DNA of 64,000 bases from Psilocybe cubensis (Eukaryota): the NCBI GenBank assembly GCA_017499595.2, contig CM039002.1, positions 372,001 to 436,000 on the forward strand, in the 5' to 3' direction. A program made the translations under genes and the position numbers. How positions within the stretch are numbered: position 1 is the stretch's first letter; the number at the start of each line of letters is the position of its first letter. Of the stretch, positions 59,454 to 64,000 are shown one piece after another. Below the pieces are notes generated by a model. It did no database searches. It was not told the DNA's origin and worked only from the letters and a program-made list of their open reading frames with translations.

Positions 59454-61780
59454 TGTGGTCAGGAACTAGGACTTGGATGATATAGTAGGTGATGGTAAGG
59501 ATGAAGGTGTGTGTTTGGTTCCTTCCATGTTGGGAAACCGCCTTCTTTCATCCACCACAATGATCTTCCGGCCCTGGCCATCGTTTCTGGCATTCTGTGG
59601 TGCCTCCTCCTTGCTATTTTTCTTTATCGCAGACGGATATCGCTTTTTGCGTACCCTCCTATCAGCAGTTGTGATTCCCTACAGATCAATGCTTTTTTCA
59701 ACCGTCGATGACACGCTGTTGAATTCGAGTCTCGAACAGCGCAAAAAGCCTCTGTCGATAAGTTCCATTGTGACAGGAACATGGAATGAAATCCAAGGCG
59801 GATCATCAGCAGTTCTATTCGATGTGCCTATCTTTGCTTCGTCGTCAATGGATCCATCCATTGTCCTAGGTGTTTCACTTTTTGCTCGCCGTCATATAGG
59901 ATTCAGCTTCATCCTCACTTATGCTGCTTTCTTTCCATCACTAAAGAATAGGCCGTCAAATATCGGCAGACAAGGGGACTGAAAAGTCTTAAACTGCTTA
60001 GACAGGCGGAAACGCCACTTATCCATACTACCAGAGAAGTACGGTCGAATGAAGAGAACAAAGGCACATATCGGACGCAATTGCACCACTTGAATTGGAG
60101 TCACTTTGATCTTTTTTTCAACGGTATCACTCCGCAGACTCCATTTCTACTGCCGTCGTCATGGGCGTAGCACATGTCATTTACCGTGGTCTGTACTCAC
60201 CGACCTTGTCTTGTCCAAAATTTCAAATACACATCGCCCATTAATTTGGGAAAGGCAGCAGCCTTTTACAGTACACCATCTGTTCTTGGCTCCTCATGTC
60301 TCCTCCGACGCAATCGAAGAGCGCCAACGTGTCAAAAATCAAGCAAACACCAGACACTATAGGTCTCATTCTGGCATGTTTCCCCGACATTTCTCTCTGC
60401 TGCAGTCCTGAATTGAGGGCCAAAACTTTTTTTGGCATTGTCAAGTCTGCATCCAATTTTTTTAATGCATTTCTCTTTATTACTGTTCCAGTTGAGGCAA
60501 CTAGGTTAAGTTCACCCCCAAATAATGATGGTAACGTCCCTGTCCTTTCTTCTGACCATTCACGGCCTACAGTCCGGTTCTCTGAGGGCACCATGGGAAG
60601 GCACAAGCTGTACAGCTGTCATTTTCTTTCGCAAGAAGTCGAGGCACACGCTCATCTGTGCATAGAGCTCATTATCCGCCTTCCGTCTTCATAGGTGAAT
60701 ACCAGATAGACATAAATTGACCTTCCAACCCTGAAGATTCTTCTATTCTTGAGCTGTGCACAAGCTTTTTCATTATAATTTGAACGACGATCTCGGAAAT
60801 ATATAAGGCCCGATTCCCGAACTTGAAGCCAGTTCAATCCAAAAAAGCAACGAATGGAAGAACCCTTTATTGAACAGTGGATTGATGGGGCCTTGTGCGG
60901 AGTACCGTACGCTACCCTCCATGCTGGCACAATTGCTCATTTCTGAGCAGGTAGTTGTTAGTCACATCATTGGTAGGCCATGGGCCATTGTCTGTGATGC
61001 ATTTGTTCGTGCCGACTAGGACGGCAGTTGCAGGCCACCCACCTAACCATTCACGTTACCCAATGATTGCAGCCGTGTACACTGTATCCTCCGTTTGTCT
61101 GACATCCTTCAACTATGAAGCATACTCTGCGCAGAGCGGCGCAGTGTTGCAACCTCCAAAAGCTTTGGATCCCAAGCTATGGCAATTACGTTCTGATTTC
61201 TATCGTCAGTTGGTCAAACTAAATCAAGCAAAATGAGCATAGATCTCAATTCGTTTCTAGTTCTGTCGTCTGGACTGTGGAAATTGTTCCGCTAGACAAT
61301 TAATACCTGACATGAGTCTTTTTTATTACACCCGCATAGCGCAATCCACCTGTTCGATCAAGTAGCGGATTGAAGCTGTCATGTCAGCGGAAAACTTTAT
61401 AATCTTAGCCGCCGTCGCATCACCGTACTTGCAAGCGATGACTGAGAATTGACCCAGCTTGTATCCAATCGCTTTGTCACTTATCACTGCTCTTCCTCCA
61501 TGCTCTAAACGAAAAGAGAAAAACAATGCGTGAATTTGTTGAAATGAAACGAAAGCTTGGCGAAGGCTTAAAGACAGTCCATGGATTGCGGAACACTGTT
61601 AACCAGAGCAATTCTATGTTCTGGATCTGATGACATCAGCGCTGCTCAGCTTGCCGAGTGTACAACATCTCGTAAATACCCGAAGCCTATCGTTAAAAAC
61701 AGAACCAATTATTTGAAATGACGCAAAGACAATCCGTTGAGATGTCACTGAGCGCTTTGCTCTAGGTATGACTTTCTCGG

Positions 61781-64000
61781 TCACAACCATTCAACAGTCT
61801 AATAAGATGGCTAGGTTAGTCAACGAACATACGGGAAAAAGTAATAGCTACGCACTGCCGGAGGTTTCGAAGAAATATCATAAGTAACACGGTTGATTCC
61901 AGCCACTTCATTTGTGATCCGAGAGGAGATGCGGCGAAGGACCTCAGGAGGGAAAGAGAACCTGTGATATGCATCCCGCTGATAAGTAAATTGTACTGGT
62001 GGGTAATGGGGCCGAACTTACCAGTCAGCCGTCATGAAATCTTCTGACTGTACAGCTCTGAGAGCGATAACCTAATCCATTAGGTGTGAAGAGGGACAAA
62101 ATATCAGTAAGCATCATAATTTTGAATAGGATACGGGCCGCAGTTTTGGGCCGTGGAAAGATATCTCAAAGAGGGGCAAACACACCTGCTCGTATGTCCG
62201 TAGGTCACCCATGACTCCGACGGCTTTAACTGGCAAAAGAACGGCGAAGGCTTGCGCAATTTGATCGTACAATCCTGCTTTGCGAATCTCTTCGATGTAA
62301 ATAGTATCGGCTAACTGAAGAATTCTGACTTGTTCTCTGTTAACCGGACCCAGGATACGAATGGCAAGGCCGGGTCCTGGGAAAGGGTGTCGGCCGACGA
62401 GTTGCGCGGGGATTGACAATAGGCGCCCTAGAGCTCGAACCTCGTCTGATGTATGTCAGGATTCTGAATTGCAGGAGACAAAATACAAAAATGAGGCAGA
62501 CCTTTGAAGAGCTCTCGCAGAGGCTCGATCAATTTTAGTTTCATATCCTTAAGAAGACCACCGACATTGTGATGAGTCTTAATGGTGGCACTGGGGCCTT
62601 TGAAGCTGATACTTTCGATGACGTCGGGGTACAATGTTCCCTGTAGAAGCCATTCGACGCGACCCTTGGCTTCAGCGCCGTTCTTTTCGTCTTCCTCAGC
62701 AGCAGCTTCTATTTTCGCAGCCTCTGCCTCAAAAACATTAATGAACGTGTTGCCGATGATTTTGCGCTTCTTTTCAGGGTCTTCAACTCCCTCGAGACGA
62801 GATAGGAAGAGGTCAGAAGCGTCAACGACAGTCAGATTGACGCCCAAATCCTTGTTGAGCATCTCATGGACCTGTTTGGCTTCATTCAGCCGCAGGACAC
62901 CGTTGTCTACCATAATGGCGTGGAATCTAAGCAATACAGATGTAAAAAAATCCTAGACAAGTTTACAAGAGCACTCACCGATCACCGATGGCTTCGTGCA
63001 TTAATTTCGCAGCGACTGTACTATCAACACCCCCACTAACAGCTCCAATAACTCTTCCCTTAGGTCCACAAATTTCTCTGATACGCGCAATCTCCTTTCC
63101 GATGAATTCTTCCTATAATTTTACGCAGATTCATTTTTGGATCATAAAGAGGAAAGGGGAAACTCGCACCATTGTCCAATGCTTCCGACATCCGCAGATG
63201 TCAAGGATGAACTTCCCAATAACAGCCTTTCCGGTAGGAGAGTGCGTTACTTCAGGATGGAATTGGATACCATATATCGGTTTAGAATTATGCGCAAGGG
63301 CAGCATATGGGGCAGTGGACGTGTGTCCGATGACATGAAAATCAGGAGGTGGCTTCGATAGTTGATCCCCGTGTGACATCCAAACCTGATAACAACTCAA
63401 TCAGCCATAACTTTTAGCGCGATAGGCTAGGCTCACACCTTCATCTCATTTCCTAGACCCTGGAACAACGCGTCTACTGAACCATTTCCGAACGTCGAGA
63501 CGGTGATATCTGCAGAGCCATATTCCCTATGGTCACATTTGGTCACTTCTCCACCAAGGTTCCAAGCAATCTCCTGTAGGGATTCTCGGTCAACAACCTT
63601 TATAACTAATGGATTTGGTTGAAAACCGACCTGAAGCCCATAGCATATTCCCAAAATAGGCACTCCGGCATCGAAAACTGCTGGATCAACATGAGGAGAT
63701 CCCTTGTCGTAAACAGAATACGGTGACCCAGATAGAATGATTCCTTCAAAGACCCAATGAATCGGGTGAAACGACCTTGATCCAGATTGGACGGACCTTT
63801 AGGTTTGAAGTTTACATCTTTTAACAAGGTTGTGCATGGAAGAAGTTCTGCATAAACATTGTGTTCTCTACATCTCCTTGTAATAAGGTGACTGTACTGT
63901 TCGGCATATTATTCAGTGCTCATAGATAAGAAGATCTGAGAGGAAGTAGCGCACCTGAGAGCCAAAATCAAGAATAAGTATCGTATCAAATTGGTCGTGA
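61781..64000 (-). CDS. GUA1: GMP synthase (glutamine-hydrolysing), 5' end outside window
   Basis: [73 protein letters not shown] and KPPATVEW. Confidence 0.97.

Overview
Intron-rich fungal genomic DNA, most likely an agaricomycete mushroom (short GT-AG introns, basidiomycete-type gene families). Housekeeping genes sit at both ends. Left: TFIIF beta, an M3 metallopeptidase and mitochondrial Lon (PIM1). Right: indoleamine 2,3-dioxygenase, tRNA-Leu(CAA), a GST, a SLATT-type membrane protein, XRN1 and a partial GUA1. The accessory middle has three parts. (1) About 15-29 kb: three paralogous secreted ConA/LamG-like proteins and two paralogous intronless multi-TM glycoproteins form a head-to-head inverted cassette, followed by an NB-ARC-TPR NLR with a short amyloid-like N-terminal exon and a C-terminal TM helix. 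This is a candidate undescribed surface-sensing or non-self recognition locus. (2) About 29.6-30.8 kb: three nested non-autonomous DNA transposons, two with readable TSDs. (3) About 31-41 kb: a large CACTA/CMC-like transposon carrying a TET/JBP dioxygenase (with a CpG-rich 45-bp minisatellite) and two unknown genes; its transposase shows CpG-deamination-type decay. All exon boundaries and family assignments were read by eye and no database searches were run.
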